Part shown: one piece after another, positions 33,401-34,790 of the stretch
Numbering within the stretch: position 1 is the first letter of the stretch
Layout of the letters: every line of letters begins with the position of its first letter
UHGV virus genome: UHGV-0385761
Direction: 5' to 3' (one strand)
DNA from: a virus
DNA length: 34,790 nucleotides
The notes under the pieces: model-generated
What the model saw: only the letters and a program-made list of their open reading frames with translations
The model's database searches: none
What the model was told of the DNA's origin: nothing
Translations under genes and position numbers: made by a program

Positions 33401-34060
33401 GCGGCAGATCTTGGAACTGTAACTGCCGGACTTATTAAGGATAAGAATGGAACAATGCTTATCGATGTTACATCCGGAAAGATTATTAGCAAGAAAAACG
33501 TGCAAGGAGCAGTGGAAAATGTTGCGTCATTGAGTAATGCGTATTTGGCTTTCTCTGGTAAGGCTCCGACAACAGATCGAGCTACTATGAGCGTGAACTT
33601 GCAAAACATCATGTTTACAAATGAAAATACAAGAAAAGCAACGACAATCCAGTTTGAGGATGAAATGATATATGCAAGAAATTCTGTATCCCCACGTATA
33701 AGCATATATGCGTATCGCAATTACGATTCCGGCACCGTGAAAGGTCCATATACAAGCACAAACTCCGCTAATAACATCCGTGTAGAGTTAAAAAGGAGAG
33801 GGTGTATGGTAACATGTAATATCACAATGCTTGCGCAGTTCCCGAATAGCGGAAGCTTCGGAGCGTTTAACGAGGTGCGAATCCCTGTTGGGTATCGCCC
33901 AGTGCTCGACATCAGAACACCTTACAACGAGGTGTCCGGCTCCCGGATCCTTGGAACTGGTCGATATCTAATCAGCAAAGACGGTGGAATTTCAATCTAT
34001 GTCAATAACCCAAATTGGACAGAGAGGCACTTGTCTATCACATGGATTACGGATGACTAA
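30422..34060 (+). CDS. Tail-associated protein / receptor-binding protein (Tal) with collagen-like GXY tracts and four tandem repeat modules
   Basis: N-terminal Tal-like region. Six GXY runs between 31852 and 33250. Four modules of about 57 aa of the form Y(L/T)HI(A/K)Y..........YIG.Y.D(F/Y).Q.DS.D..KY.W.KIKG. Confidence 0.85.
   Translation: [1212 protein letters not shown]
31852..33250 (+). repeat. Collagen-like (GXY)n coding repeats interleaved with tandem modules of about 170 bp inside Tal
   Basis: [54 protein letters not shown] and five further tracts. Confidence 0.8.
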
Positions 34061-34082
34061 AGGAGTGAATATGGAGATTAGA

Positions 34083-34107
34083 GCAAGACCGTGATGGTCT
34101 TATTTTT
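34083..34107 (+). terminator. Rho-independent terminator after Tal (AAGACC-gtgat-GGTCTT followed by ATTTTTAT)
   Basis: Perfect 6-bp stem and a T-run. It precedes the lysis cassette. Confidence 0.5.
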
Positions 34108-34138
34108 ATACTTTAAAATCAGAAAGGAAAGTGAGGAT

Positions 34139-34591
34139 ATGAAGAAAATGGAGCAGTTGGCAAATGTAAAAGCGTTTTTATGCATGGTGTTTGGAGCTAT
34201 TGCTGGAGGATTCGTAAACCTGATCGGAGGATGGTCCGAGGACTTGACTACATTACTTATTTTTATGGGTGTAGACTTTGTTCTTGGATTGCTGATCGCT
34301 GCCTTTTGGAAAAAGAGCAACAAATCAGAGAACGGTGCGCTAAGCAGCTACTCAGCGTGGAAAGGTTTGTGCAGAAAAGGGGTATCCCTACTGATCGTAC
34401 TTATTGCATATCGGCTGGATGTTACTCTCGGCGTAGACTACATCCGTACAGCCGTGGTACTGGCATTTATAGCAAATGAGGGTATCTCGATTTTGGAAAA
34501 TGTTGGAATTATGGGCGTGAAATATCCGGAAGCGTTAAAAAAAGCACTGGATGTTTTAACAAATAAATCACAGGAGCAGGAGGGCGAGTAA
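34139..34591 (+). CDS. Holin (Phage_holin_4_1 / TcdE-like)
   Basis: Three hydrophobic helices; ...[27 protein letters not shown].... RBS GAAAGGAAAGTGAGGAT. The start is taken after the terminator. Confidence 0.8.
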   Translation: MKKMEQLANVKAFLCMVFGAIAGGFVNLIGGWSEDLTTLLIFMGVDFVLGLLIAAFWKKSNKSENGALSSYSAWKGLCRKGVSLLIVLIAYRLDVTLGVDYIRTAVVLAFIANEGISILENVGIMGVKYPEALKKALDVLTNKSQEQEGE

Positions 34592-34634
34592 TCGTCCTCT
34601 TTTATTGTGCGACATCGCACGGAAAGGAGAAAAT

Positions 34635-34790
34635 ATGAGTATTTGTCGTGGAGTAGCAGGAAACAGAGGAAGAAATCCAGTGGGAATCTTTATCCATAAT
34701 GACGCTGGTAGTCAGAATGCGAACGCAGCGTTTTACAGAAATTGGATACAGACACATCCCTTGGAAAATGGATTTGCGCACTATTATGTA
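34635..34790 (+). CDS. Endolysin Amidase_2 N-terminus (partial; continues in frame at window position 1)
   Basis: [39 protein letters not shown]...NGFAHYYV. 156 nt is exactly 52 codons, so the frame runs into nt 1. Confidence 0.8.
   Translation, partial: MSICRGVAGNRGRNPVGIFIHNDAGSQNANAAFYRNWIQTHPLENGFAHYYV

Larger units (their letters stand above)
1..34790. mobile_element. Complete temperate siphovirus-like phage genome (circularly permuted in this window; lysin gene spans the window ends)
   Basis: Full temperate-phage gene order. The endolysin frame is open at position 1 and at position 34790, and the two ends join in phase (..AHYYV|AQDGILQ..AWHCGD matches the Amidase_2 consensus). Confidence 0.7.

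Overview
The window reads as a complete, circularly permuted temperate siphovirus-type phage genome of about 34.8 kb. Strong GGAGG-type ribosome-binding sites and roughly 42% GC fit a low-GC Firmicutes/Clostridia host. The endolysin gene is split across the window ends. The last 156 nt (34635..34790) encode the Amidase_2 N-terminus ending ...GFAHYYV, and the first 819 nt continue in the same frame with AQDGILQAEDDWNCAWHCGD... Gene order is the classic temperate layout. Lysogeny end: lysin, a small moron with its own promoter, an attP-like 11-bp inverted repeat, a large serine recombinase, a zinc-ribbon/TM2 membrane protein, and a 36-aa ORF with an operator-flanked promoter. Switch and early genes: an XRE/cI-like repressor with a divergent consensus-promoter switch, then an AntA/KilAC antirepressor and tiny ORFs. 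Recombination and replication: an SMC-like ATPase, RecT, a PD-(D/E)XK nuclease, HNH, RusA, and a replisome organizer with internal iterons. Accessory region: an orphan C5 methyltransferase, two Lar-family proteins, YopX, DUF551 and about 14 small ORFs that share a repeated 17-nt junction motif. Late end: a sigma-like late activator, a 600-bp structured non-coding region with tRNA-Asn and a tRNA-like minihelix fragment, then TerS, TerL, portal, MuF-like head protein, scaffold, capsid, connectors, major tail, two tail chaperones (possible +1 coupling), a Zn-ribbon mini-protein, TMP, a long Dit, a 1212-aa Tal with collagen-like tracts and four tandem repeat modules, and holin. The best leads for undescribed biology are the small-ORF accessory island with cassette-like boundaries (12.9-16.1 kb), the lysogeny-module cargo (moron, TM2 protein, operator-controlled 36-aa ORF), and the structured tRNA-containing non-coding region upstream of terS. 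All calls rest on reading motifs by eye; no database searches were run.
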